From the human T2T-CHM13v2.0 reference genome, Homo sapiens, in the NCBI RefSeq assembly GCF_009914755.1, contig NC_060937.1: a stretch of 64,000 nt of DNA; one strand, given 5' to 3'. This document shows positions 42,341 through 54,220 of this stretch, one piece after another (the first letter of the stretch is position 1; each line of letters opens with the position of its first letter). Under the pieces are notes generated by a model. The model saw nothing but the letters and a program-made list of their open reading frames with translations, was not told the origin of the DNA and did not search any database. Made by a program: the position numbers and the translations under genes.

Positions 42341-43807
42341 GAATGTTTGCAGCTGCTAATCAGGAAATCTGGCCCAAAACTCACTCCTCTCGTGTTCTCA
42401 TTGTTAGCTAAGCAAAGAGAGCAGCAGCAGGCCTCCTGTGTGCAGCACTTTGTGCCCCGCCCTGGAGGAGGGAGGAGTGTGAGAGCACCCCCTGGCCTGT
42501 GCCCTCAGCCATCTCACAATCGAATTGGACATAGACATAAGAGTCTGCATGATCATGGTTTTATGATGTACCGAGGACCTAGAGCATTAGGTTCTCGCTT
42601 AGCACCTTTCCCTGCCATCCTCTGTGGAGAAGCTCTGAGTGAGGATGTTTACCAGGAAGGACAGGAGGAGGCAGTTCCTGGGCAGCCTGAGGCTACTGTT
42701 AGCCCTAAGCTCTTGAAGGCACTGAGTTTGGCTCCAGGAGAGCTTGGGGTTTTAGAGAATGATAGATCCTCTTCGGGGGCAAGATGGCAACCAGACCACA
42801 GAAGATCCTGCCTCGCAGATGCCCCGGTCCACAGACGTGGTTGTTGTTTGGATGCTTCCAAAACACCCGACAGATGCCCCCTGCGGAAAGCCACTAGATG
42901 TCTTTGGTTGGACTGTGTCCGTGGGTTCCAGCAGCCCCTCCCTCCATCCATGCCCTGCTCCCAGCATTTGGCTCGGTCTGTTGCTACCCAGTATGACCGG
43001 GCTAAGAGGGTTCCTGGAAATGCCTGGCTTCACATTTATTTTAAAAATTGACTCAAGTATAAATATTTTTAAGCTATTGTTCTTTGTCTGAAGTCTTTGG
43101 AACAGCTACTCTATCTTGCACAGGCAATTTGGTAGAATGGAAGAAAAATGATTATGAGATTCTGCTATAACCCAAAAGGAGGATTGGCCTGAGAGAAGAT
43201 GAGAGGTGTCAACAGGCAAAAGATTGAGCTGAGTATGGAAAAGAGAGAACTCCAATTCCCTTGCAATGAGACCACATTGATAAAAATGAAGGGATTCCAT
43301 CAATCTTAAAGGCCCATAGCCCAATTTATTAACTCCCTCGAGTCCTCCCTGTCTGAGCAGGACTGGCATCACTACCCTCCGAAGCTGTCAAAGAGCACTC
43401 CTCTGTTGGACACAGTATGGCAGGTGCCTGCTGCCAGCATTCCTTCCCAGCCTTGCTCCGGCTGCGGGTCCTGCTGTCCGCGTCCACCGACATCCATTCT
43501 CCTGTTCTTTCTTTCTCAGGGTGTCAGGAAAGCCCACAAGCCCCTGGCTAAGCCGGCTGAGGCTCTCGCCTGCTGCCTTTGGAGCTTAGACATGCCTGAG
43601 TCACTGAGTTCCAGCTGAGGGGGTGCGAATAGCTGCCCTCTCATGTCACCGTCCTGTGTGGAATGGGCATGAGAACACACCTCTGGCTGAGTCCACTTGT
43701 GTCCGTGGGACCCAGAGCCACCACTTTAGACCTAGAGGTGAAAGATTTGTGCTGGGGATGGTGCTACCAAGTCCACCCTGGATGGGCATGTAGGAGCCCA
43801 GCCTGGA

Positions 43808-44205
43808 CCCTGTCCCAGCCCCTCACACTGGCTGTGTATTCCCATCTCAGCCCCGCGCACTCCCATCCCGGCCCCTTGCCTTGCTGTGTGTCCTCACACT
43901 GGCTGTGTGTCCCCCGTCCCAGCCCCTCACCTTGCTGTGTGTCCCCGTCCCTTCCCCTTGCCTGGCCATGTGTCCCCGTCCCAGCCTCTCGCCTGCCTGT
44001 GTGTCCCCATACCGGCCCCTTGCACCAGCTGTGTGTCCCCATCCCTGCCCCTGGCCTGGCCGTGTGTCCCCCTCCTCTGGCTGTGTGTCCCCATCCCTGC
44101 CCCTGGCCTGGCTGTGTGTCCCCCTCCTCTGGCTGTGTGTCCCCTTCCCTGCCCCTGGCCTGGCCGTGTGTCCCCCTCCTCTGGATGTGTGTCCCCATCC
44201 TGGTC
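43808..44205. repeat. Minisatellite/VNTR with core gctgtgtgtcccc; 31-bp and 21-bp monomers, forming a 52-bp dimer in the right half
   Basis: The dimer gctgtgtgtccccatccctgcccctggcctg + gccgtgtgtccccctcctctg starts at 44028, 44080, 44132 and 44184. Confidence 0.92.
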
Positions 44206-44859
44206 CCTCATAGCAGCCGCGTGGTATTGTGCATGTCCCACATCCCTTCCCCTCCCCTCTGACTCCAGCGCAGCAGTGTGGAAGATTCTGTGAGGCTGCA
44301 ACTCCCCTCATGCCGACAGCACCTCGGCTTGAAAGTTTACCACTCATCTCTTGCTCTTTCCCTGGGATTTTTGACACTGAAGATGTAAAGAAAAGCCTTC
44401 TCAGTGCTCCCGAGTCCTTATGCTGCATGAAAGTGGGAGGGGTTCACCCACCGTGGGCAGCTCTCAGGCGGTGGAGGGTGAGAGTGATGGACACAGACAT
44501 CCGCCTTTTCCATGTGACCAGCCAGTTCCTGTGGCAGAATGGATACGGCCTCTCAGAAGGTCCCCACGGGCTCAGGCACCAGCTGCTCATGGTGCGGCCA
44601 CTTGGATGTCCTCTCTGGGTGGACGTTCTCCCTCTTCTGCTTTGCGCCCTCCATCCTCTCATTCCTGCCTCCTGGGAACAGATACCACATAAACGAGAAC
44701 TAGGTAAGCCCTGGTCTCCACCTCTGCTTTCAGCAGAACAGAGGCCAAGAAAGTCGGAGCCAGGATAGCCGTAGAACACACACTCTCAGTACGGGATTCT
44801 GAAAGCGGGTGGTTCACTAGTCAGGGGATGACAAGGACCCCAGTGATGGCCAATGGATC

Positions 44860-45118
44860 CAAAAATATAGTTAGTTTCAATGAATAAGATCTAGCACTTG
44901 ATAGTACAACAGGGTGGCTACCGTCAGCAATGATCTGTTACACATTTTAGAATGACTGAGGGTGTACAGTTGGGATGTTCATTACACAAAGAAATGATGA
45001 ATCTTTGAGGTGATGGGTACCCCATTCCCCGGATGTGACTGTTGCACATTGCCTCCTGTTTCAAAGTTTCTCGTGTATCTCATAAATATATACACCTACG
45101 GCCTACCCATAAAAATTC
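44860..45118 (+). mobile_element. L1MA-type 3' end (5'-truncated)
   Basis: aatgaataagatctagcacttgatagtacaacagggtg...tgaggtgatgggtaccccatt...cataaatatatacaccta...cccataaaaatt. Confidence 0.8.
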
Positions 45119-45241
45119 CTTTCTAAGTGAAAAAGAGGAAGGACCTCATTGCAGGTAGGAAGTGGAGTAGGGGTGAGCCCTGGAAGTGCAGGAGCTTCAT
45201 ACTTGCCGGAGGCTCTCGCCTGCGGTGCATTAGCATGTCAT

Positions 45242-48200
45242 GGGTCAGAAGGCCCAGAGTTGTGGGAAAGGGGAGGGGCCGACTCACATCAGCCTCCTCA
45301 GGGGGAAGTAGTGGCCCTCATCCAAGCTGTAGGTTTGGGCCACTCCACTGGCCCAGAGCCCTCCGATTTGAAGGCAAGGAGAAGGGAAAGCACTGAGGGT
45401 TTTTAATGTTTATTTTTTTGTAACTATGACTATCAAACAATATAGAACAATGTTATTTAAAACTCTCATGGAGTTGGTTGTATTTTGTTTAACTTATATG
45501 GGAGCCTTAAAAGATTAAGCAAACTCAGCTTTGCCAACTGTCAACAAAATTATACTGGGAAAGCCAGAAGGCTGCCATGCAAGTCTTCAAAGAACCCTGA
45601 TTCCCTACAGCCTCAGAGCAGACTGTGCTGAAAATTAGGCACCAGGTTTAATTGAACTACAAAGCAGATTGAATATGCAGCAGGGACACAGCTGTCCTAC
45701 ACCGAATTCAAGGCCATGGTGAGAAACAGAGGGTCCCTGGGAGTGGGGTGGAGACCCTTGGTGGATAAGCCTGAGCAACTTGAACTCTCAGACTCCCTAG
45801 AGCTCCTTGCCGGCAGAACCCCTCTCTTCACTGGGGGAGAGCAGGCTTCCCTTTCCTAGAGACTGTGAAAACATCGCCAGAAGGGAATCTATTACAAGGT
45901 GGTGCCCACCCTCAAACTGCACCACCACTTCATGCATTACCTCCAGGCCAATAACCAGGGTCAGAGCTCTGAACAGGTGAACCTGAGAAATAGTTTCCAT
46001 TCTGGAAGCAAATGCACCTGTCTGAGATACAGAAATGTGGAGTGGGTCCTCAGGGTGTTGGAAGGGATTATGGATAATAGACGTATACAGGGGAATTCTT
46101 TTTCCATGAGAACATTCATCTATGAAATAGGACGTAATGACTGGCAAGGACCTTGGAGCCAGTTTTAGTAGCTGCTGGAACAGCTTCCCGAATCTGGGGC
46201 TGTGTGATCCCTGCAGTGGATGAGGAGGAGAGAGTATTTAGGAACAGGTCAGAAGGCTCAGAGTTGTAGGAATACTGGAATGGGTTTCTTACTTGGGACT
46301 AAAGGGTAGACCATCTGATTATTGTTCCTCAGGGGGAACTGGTTGGGGAAGTGACCTCCCTGAGGAGCTCAGGGTAGAATGCCTCCTCCAGGCAGAGTCC
46401 ACAGGAGGTGATGCAACCATGTCACCTGCATCATAGTGGACTCTAAAATCCTGGAATGGCAGAAGCCAAGCAGTGACACCTAATCAACAGGTAGACATAA
46501 TTATGGGAATGAGCAGTGGGGCCAGGTGGCAAGCAGGGGCCTTGAATGGAAAGGCAAGGTGACAGTAGATAACTGATCATGGTGTTGAGGGATGATGTTG
46601 ATGGACAGGACACATGGGCCTGTGGCTTCATAACTGGAAGAAGGGAAAGGGGAGGGGCAGACTCACATCAGCCTCCTCAGGGGGAAGTAGTGGCCCTTGT
46701 CCAGGCTGTAGGTCTGGGCCACTTCACTGACCCAGAGCCCTCTGATTTGAAGGGGAGACAGTGCACCTTTGAGAAAAGACCCACCGCCCCAGAATATTCT
46801 GTAAATAATCTTCCCAAAGTCACCAGCTGTGGTTCAATGGCAATGGCACACTGGGAAAAGAGAAATGCTCCGCTCTTTTGATAACTTTTGGGTATAGAGC
46901 TTTAACAGACACTGCTACTAGGAAACCGAAGTCACCATCTTGCCCCTGTGATTGCAGTGGGGGTAATGAGGCCAGGTGTTTCACCAAAGTCCCTGCAAGT
47001 TTAGTGGCTACAAGGACCCACACATTGTGTTAATTGCCCCAGTTTTTGGGTGTATAATTGGGGTAGATATATTTAGCACAGTGGTTCTCAATTGGGAGTG
47101 ATTTTGTCCCCCAGGGGACATTTGGCAATATCTGGAGACATTTTTGATTCTCACCTGGGGCCTTGGGGATGGGGTGCTACTGGTACCTGTTGTAGAAATA
47201 AGAGATGCTGCTAAACATCCTTCCACACACAGGACAGCCTCCAGGACAAGGAGTTATTCAGACCAAAATCTCAATTGATCTGGTATTGAGAAACCCTGGA
47301 TTTAGCAGCTGACAGAACCCCCAAATTAGCACCCTGACCTGTAGAGAAAGAGCCATCTTGGTAGAAAGAGGCAAATGGAAACTCCTAAATCTACATCCTC
47401 CTTTTGGCCTACATAGTAAACCAGAAGCTATGCTCATGATTGTTGGAATTAGAGAAATTAAATCCAACATAAGATTGACAGGATGAGGATATGTCAGCCT
47501 TCACTACATTCCCATCCCATTCACTGCTGTGGCCCCTTCAGCAGCAGGTGATAGTGAATGGACCGCCACAGTTTAACTCACCAGGTGGTCCTAATCACAG
47601 CACCTGTGCCAGAGATAGTCACTTTATAGGAATAGATTATCAGAATCTCTGTCATTTGGTGTGCAGTTATTGATCTGGTAAATGCATTTTTCATAATCCC
47701 CATTAGAAGGAGGATCAAAAGCAGTTTGCTTTTATGATGGAAACATAGTAGTGTGTTCACTGTCACATCAAAGAATTGTATGAATACTGATGTCTTTGTT
47801 ATGATGTAATCTACAGGAATCACTATCATTTTGATGTTGTACATGCAGAATGTCATACTGGTCTACCATATTGATGAAAATAGACTTGCCCATTGGACTT
47901 GCCAAAATGTCTGGCAAGTGGCACCCTAGAATCATGCGTGTAAGATAGCCCTTACGAAGACTCAAACAACAAAGTTCACATCAGCAGAGCTCTTCCTCTC
48001 CAGTCATCTAAAGCATGCTACTAGACATCCACTCTAAGGTAGAGAGTAAGATTGGAATTGCACCTCCTACTGCTAAGAATCAGCACAGCTCTCTGGGTTT
48101 TGGAAGCAGCATGCGTCCAAATGGGGAATGGTTCTGATCCATATATGTGGTGCCTCTTGTAACTACCATTTTGAGTGGACTTCAGAGCAAAGGCAAATTC

Positions 48201-48250
48201 TGTACCAGGTCCAAGAAGGTATGGACTGACATATGTCACATAGGTTTACA
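45242..48250 (+). mobile_element. Decayed ERV-L (class III) internal gag/pro/pol sequence
   Basis: Hand translation gives gag-like EWVLRV (~46040) and RLRVVGILEWV (~46255), protease-region HWEKRN (~46850), and IIGVDIFSS*QNPQISTLTC..RAILVERGKWK across the MER20 insertion. It also gives RT-like QVVLITAPVPEIV..VIDLVNAFFIIP (~47580-47700) and ILVYHIDE (~47855-47880, a degenerate YIDD). These resemble HERV-L proteins as I remember them. Confidence 0.8.
47079..47298 (+). mobile_element. MER20 hAT-Charlie transposon, full length
   Basis: cagtggttctcaa...ccccaggggacatttggcaatatctggagacattttt...gatgctgctaaacatcc...ttgagaaaccctg, with atttagca duplicated on both flanks (47071 and 47300). Confidence 0.9.
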
Positions 48251-48399
48251 TCCCTGTGTTCATAATGGTATCTTAAAATTTTGGTTGCTTTCAGAAGAGG
48301 ATAAGTAATGAGTTCATTATCTTGAAATATTTATAAATAAAAGGAAGAATAAAGCACTTTTTTTGCTTATCTTATATTAACTGTACCATAGGGAAGCCA

Positions 48400-49040
48400 A
48401 AAATTAAATGAAGGGAAATGTCCCCTTATATATTTATTCCAGCTAATAAATAAAAACAAACACAGAATTAGAATATAAGCATTTCGCAATCCCTGATGAA
48501 TCTATGCATCTTGACCTTGATCACCAATGACGGTTATTTCAAGAAAGGAGAAAAAGCAGACATCCTGTGTCTCCTGAGGGGCGAGCACAATGCCACCTGC
48601 AGTCTTGCCAAAGGAAAGGGACCCGAATCTGATCAAACCTCTGAATCCAGCTGCACAGAGAAGGCACTGGATAATGCTGCATGCTATCAGCGATCAGCAA
48701 GATCTAGTCTGTAGGAAACACTACAGGATAAATGGCCCAATTCCTCAACAGGTGATCCATGAGAAAAATAATGGAATAGAGTGGGTGTAGATTTAAAAAC
48801 ATGTCAAATCTAAGTGCAACAATAAAAAAGGCAAGAAAGTGATTCATATAAAAGAGAGTAGTGGTTACTTTGGAGGGAGAGAAGAGCATGTGGTTGGGAT
48901 ATGGACACAGAGAGAGGCTTCCGGGCAGCTTGTACCGTTGAATACACTGACCTAGTAGCTGTTGCAAAAGCATTGGCTTTATAACAATTCACTGAGCTCT
49001 ACATTTGTTTACTGTAGTGTCTGTGTTTTATTGTCTTTTC
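48400..49040 (+). mobile_element. Old L1M 3'-region fragment
   Basis: A-rich sequence ending gtggttactttggaggg...aattcactgagctctacattt, like L1MC/L1ME 3' ends. Confidence 0.5.
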
Positions 49041-50749
49041 TCAAAGAATGCTCCTATTTTCTTCTCCTTCGTTTTTCTTTGAGGGTTCCCACCATCTTTT
49101 TGATTGTTGTTTAATGTGGTTCACCTCTTTATGCTGCATATGTGTTTGTAGAGACAGATGCACGCTTGTCTGTGTGGGTAGGGAAAGTGGTTTGATTATT
49201 AGCAAAGGTGAAAATTGGTCATGAACTTTCACATGGAAAATTACTGGCCTGCGTCCATCAGGAGAAGGCAGCATATTGATTCCTGTGTGGACTTGTTTAC
49301 TCATGCACACACTTGTTGCCAAGGAGCAGGGGAAGAGAATATTCAGGACTTCTGCATATGCAGAAGGGAATTCCTGGGGGATGCCAAGTGAATGGCAGGG
49401 AATCAAAACATGGCAGTAATAAACCTGGCATTTACAGGGGCCTTCCAGGGAGAAAAAAGTATCTATAGAAATGGACCCAAAGGCCTCCGGAATGAATGAG
49501 AAACAGGAGGTCACATGTCCGAACTTCTTTGTTTGCAACAGATACAACCTCAGCTGAAATCATTGTAATGCAGTATTAAATTGAGCTTCCCTGGTGCCTC
49601 AGAGATTCAGTGGAGGCTTGGAGGCTGGGGACAGTGGGGCAGGATCGCCCTCTCCCCTAATGGGAAAAACCACAGGATTTGCAAAGAGTAGCCAAAACCA
49701 TTTCTAAGATCCTTTGCCCATTACTCACCGCCAGTCAGTATAAAAAAAGAAGAGGAATTAAAGGAGATTGGTTATTGTGGAAACTTTCCTTAAAGGGAGT
49801 AACTGGTATAGTTTGGAGAGTTAGGAGTTTATGGCACTCCCTCTCTCAAGTCAAGAATGCATGTCTTTGAGAATCATCAAGCAACATAGGATGTACTTCC
49901 AAGAGGAGATTTCCTGAGCTGTGGATCTCACCAGACCTGCATTGGATTAAGCAGTGCATGGCCAGGAGCTCATGGAAGATGGTAGGGAGGGGTGGAGGGG
50001 TGAAGGGATGGGGGTATCACCTGGAATTGGTGGGCACATTTGAACAAAGAGACCATTGACCGACTCTTACCAAGCAAAGTAGAAAAGCAGAAAAGCTGGA
50101 GCAGCCCTTAGAGACAGGACAAAAAGACAAGGTGTCAGGGAGAGAGACTTGCTATTCCTGAATTGGGGGTGGAGGTGGGGAAGGAGGGACACAGAGTTTC
50201 CCCAATAACCAGGTGGATGCCATGAAACGGGATGGAGCCTGGCTCCAAGGCTGCTCCTAGGAAGGCCACAGGGAAAATGAAGTGTGGACTCCTGCTGAGG
50301 AAGGGGCTCCTGAGAGATCCAGAGGTACAGAGAGAAGTATCCAGCATCTAGATATTTGCCGAACCAAAGGAACAAGCAGCCAAATTAGAAAAGCATGTCC
50401 AAGTCAGACATTCCTCCCTGCTCGGCTGGAGCTCCGAAAGCTGGAGGACAGATCCAGCCCCTCTCTCCTGGCTGGTGCCTGGAGTTCCAGGGAATTCCTG
50501 AACTAGGAAGAAGAGCTCTTTTGAACAAGAAAAAATAACAATGTTTTAATTTAGATTGGAGTGGGATTTTTAATGTCTGAGGTTGTGAGTGCTCCAATAA
50601 TCAAAAATGACCAGAAATGTTATGGGAATGGCTTAAGGTATCTTCAGGAGACAGAGAAAGGACAAGAAGCAGACAAGGTTTGAAGGCAGTGGTGTCTGCT
50701 GACCATCGTCTGTTCCGTCAACTAAGGCAGCTCAGTCCAAAAAAGAGGA

Positions 50750-51270
50750 TCCTGTGTTCTGAGCACAAAGTCAGCAGCTGAGTGGGCTTCACAAACATTT
50801 GGATCTGGAGCTTAAATAATGGTGTAACAGAACTCTCTCTCTCTCTCCTTCATTTCTCAACTTATTTCTGTTTCACTTTTCCTGTTGTCTCCTGCCACAA
50901 AAGGACTGTCCCATGTGGTGGAAAGACAGCTGCTGGCCACACTAAACTCATTCCTGCTGTGAGTAGTCCCAAGGGAGAAGCAGCCTCTTCTTTCAGCACC
51001 TGCATGCCGGCTTTCACAGATGGAGTCTCACCTGACTGGTCCTGCCTGGGCTTGTCTCCACCTTTTGAGCCCATCCTGGGGAGGGTTTAATGGGGTACAT
51101 GATTTACCAGGCTCAGTCACACACCTCCTTCCGGGGCTGGACACTGGTGGGGGGGGGGGGGGTCCCAGAGAGGAGTCACTCAGCCAGAGTCATGTGGGAT
51201 GACAGGGAAACATGCTCCGCTGGAAAGAGAAGTATCAGGTCAATAAAATCACATTTATGTCCTGCGAGGA
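50750..51270. mobile_element. Possible old MLT1 (MaLR) LTR fragment containing a G14 run (51149-51162)
   Basis: ccatgtggtggaaagacagctgctggcc and ctgactggtcctgcctgggc resemble MLT1J/K. Confidence 0.4.
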
Positions 51271-53354
51271 GACCTGATGAATGAACTGGAGGGTGAGACA
51301 CAAGCAGAGGTGCCACCAGGGCCAGATGTGGGAGAGCAGAGCATGCCAGGCTCCGGGCTCCGCTTCAGAGGAGCGGAAGTACTGCCAGGTGGCAGCTCCC
51401 ATCTTGCCGCCATCTTCCATGGCACAGAGATAAGGTCCCACCTCCTCTTTAGCCTCTGTCTCTTGGTGTCTACAGCTGCAGCAGTCTCAGTGGAGGGGAA
51501 ATGAAAGTATTAAGCTTATATTCACATTTTAAAGATAGATAAATTGCTGAAAAAAGAGTATATTGAAGGCCAACAGCAAGCCCAGCCATGTTGGAACTGT
51601 CTAAATCTCTCCAAAACAGCTTATTGAAACAAAATTGTACGTTAGATATGGCCAGTAGTGCAGATTTTCCCATATATGACTAATATTTTCTCTTTCGGTG
51701 TCTGACAACCAAGGGAATGCATTGTCATACATTATCACCAAGCATCTGGCATACATTTGAATGCAAATTACTGCATGGGAATGCAATTTCTTCTCACCAC
51801 GCCCATCCTTCTCCCCGCCTTCGCCTAGGCCTGGTAACTCTGTCTTTGCCAAATTACTAAAAGACATTTAAAAATGTAGGTTTTTCTTCTTTTTATGGTG
51901 TAATTTAGTGAGAAAGACAAGTACATTTAAATAGAACATAGATATAATAATATAGTTACTTTTTATTCTAATATTTCCAGATGCTTAAAATGTGCTCTGT
52001 AAAACAAACCGTCCTAAATAATCATTAATAGACATATTGGTGATATGTTAAAAGAACTGCATTCCAAAGTTGTTTCCATCATGTTTAAGTTGATTGATGT
52101 TTACATCAAGCAAGTTGTAGATGACCAGAGGTGGTTCTAGGTTAGAAGAACTCTGTATTTCCTTCCAAACTTGTACACAGACATGTTCACACATTGATAG
52201 CCATTCTTCAAGAGTTCTAGTCTGGCTGGTGGTGGTGAACACTGCACAGTCCTCCCTGTGTAGTGGTAGGGTCCTCTCAGGGGATGTTTAAATCCTTAGA
52301 GGAGCAAGAAGCATACACATGGGTGAACACAGACAGAAGATTAAATAAAAGACTATGGAATGAAATGCAGAAGATATAGATGAGAATGTGCTGAAACTTC
52401 AGTATACACACTCCAGAATTGTTCTATTATTTTGCTTGAGTTTTGGTTGAATAAACAATTTGCTATAACCGTAAGCCCTGAAAACCTAAGACATGTGGTT
52501 CCTTCTCCATGCACGTCTCACACCCCTGCTTGGGTTGGGTCGCTGGCCCCATTAACCTTCAGCAGAATGTGTCCTTGTAGGAGAACTGAGGTCATAAACG
52601 TTCTAAAACCAGACAACACCATGATGTGGCGGCAACACGAGACAGCAACCAACAACCTGAATCCTGTTTCTACTTCCATGATTTAATAGCTATGTAATTA
52701 CGGGCAGAGCACTTACCTTAAGTATTTCCTCCTCTAAAAACATGGGAGTGTCTGGCCGGGTGCTTGCTAAGTCTTCTTCCTGTTCTAAAAAATTCCATTC
52801 TTCTATAACATTTAAACCCAGAGCCTTAATTTTCTAAGCAAATTACTTGGCTTAGAAGCAGAGCTTTGGGGCTGTATTATTTTAATTAGCCAATTTATTG
52901 GAGAGAAATATGTGACGTACTGTGCCAGGAATTGGAAGATGAAAACTAAACCTTGACTGGGACCCACACTCATTGCTTCTCTGGCTTTTTCCTGGTTTGT
53001 CCTCCCTTCCTCCCTCAAGCGTGTCTCAGTGCCTGCCTCTACATCCAGCTTTCATTCTGCAATCTACTTACTATTTCCACTTCCTTGCAAATACCCTCCA
53101 CTGCCTTGCCCCTCACTCACCTACAGCTTAAATGCTGTAGTTAAACTGCACCCATCCAGCTGGGGGCCACTAGAGCACACACACCATGCTGACTGGTCTT
53201 CCTTGAAACAAATGGACACCCACGTCACATTCACTCAGGATGGCTAAGCAGCGGTTCAACACTTCCATGATCCAGTGATTGTCCTCACACCTACTCCCCG
53301 CTCCTCACATCTCGGTCACCTCCTCCCCCACCCTCACTCTCAGCTGATGGGTGA

Positions 53355-53742
53355 GCTTCCCAGGGCTTAACACAACAGACATTGATTCTGTCACTGTTCC
53401 GGAGGCTGAAGGTCTGAAATCCAGATGTTGGCAGGGCCATGCTCCCTCGAAGGCTCCAGGGGAGGACCCCTCCTTGCCTCCTCCAGCTTCTGCTGGCAGC
53501 CTTCAATCCTCGGCTGAAGATGCAGTCCTCCATCCTTGGCCTCCATCTTCCCATAGTGTCCATCCTATGTGTCTCTCTCTCTTCCTTTTGAAGGGATTAG
53601 TCATATTGGATTAGGCCCCACCCTGGTGACCTCCTCTTAGCTGAATTACATCTGCAAAGATTCTATTTCAAATAAGGTCACATTCACAGGTAATGGAGAT
53701 TAGGGCTTGAACATGCCTTTGCGGGAGACACAGTTCAGCTCA
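53355..53742 (-). mobile_element. MLT1 (MaLR) solo LTR, MLT1A/B/C-like
   Basis: ggcttaacacaacagacattgattctgtcactgttccggaggctg...ttggcagggccatgctccctc...aattacatctgcaaag..ctatttcaaataaggtcacattcacagg. Confidence 0.85.
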
Positions 53743-53899
53743 CCGCAGGCAGGCTTGTGCCTTTTGCTTTCCTCTGTATAGAATGTTTTCTCCTAGATAC
53801 CCACATCCCTACCTCATCCTAAGGAAGGAAGCCAAGTGCTTTCCAACAGCCTACCAGGAACTGCAGTGCCCGTGCTGATCCACTTCTCTCCCCTCCTCT

Positions 53900-54220
53900 C
53901 TGAGCTCCCTGCCCCTCCCTGCATCTGCTCTTCCTGCCACTCCAGGTGCACTTCTCTCTGGGGTCACGGCTTTGCCTGGACGATTTTGCCTGGAGCATCC
54001 TCCTCCCTCCTGTCTCCTTCAAGGCTCTGATCACATGTCTGCTGACTTGCTTCCCTTTGTTTTTCATAACATCAGTCACCCTTTAACTTGCAGTATAGAA
54101 TGTCTGTTATTGCCACTGTGGGCAGTGTGTTTCCCACTGCTGGAATATTAGTTCCACTTGGTTCATGTTCACTGATACCCTAATTGGCTGGAACATAGTG
54201 GGTCTCTAATAACTTTATCA
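53900..54220 (+). mobile_element. L2 3' fragment
   Basis: ttttgcctggagcatcctcc...tgttcactgatacccta..ggctggaacatagtgggtctctaataa. Confidence 0.55.

Noticed and set aside
42347-43051. 234-aa ORF in apparently unique DNA
   Set aside because: It has a non-ATG (TTG) start, no recognisable domain and no supporting promoter or splice structure; its length is compatible with chance.
43663-44428. Cys/Pro-rich repetitive ORFs, or a CRISPR-like array
   Set aside because: They are translations of a minisatellite. There are no unique spacers and no cas genes, and the DNA is human.
45264-46753. 111-bp direct repeats as the LTRs of a small retroelement
   Set aside because: They lack TG...CA termini, a PBS, a PPT and TSDs, and the repeated sequence lies inside the ERV-L internal gag-pro region.
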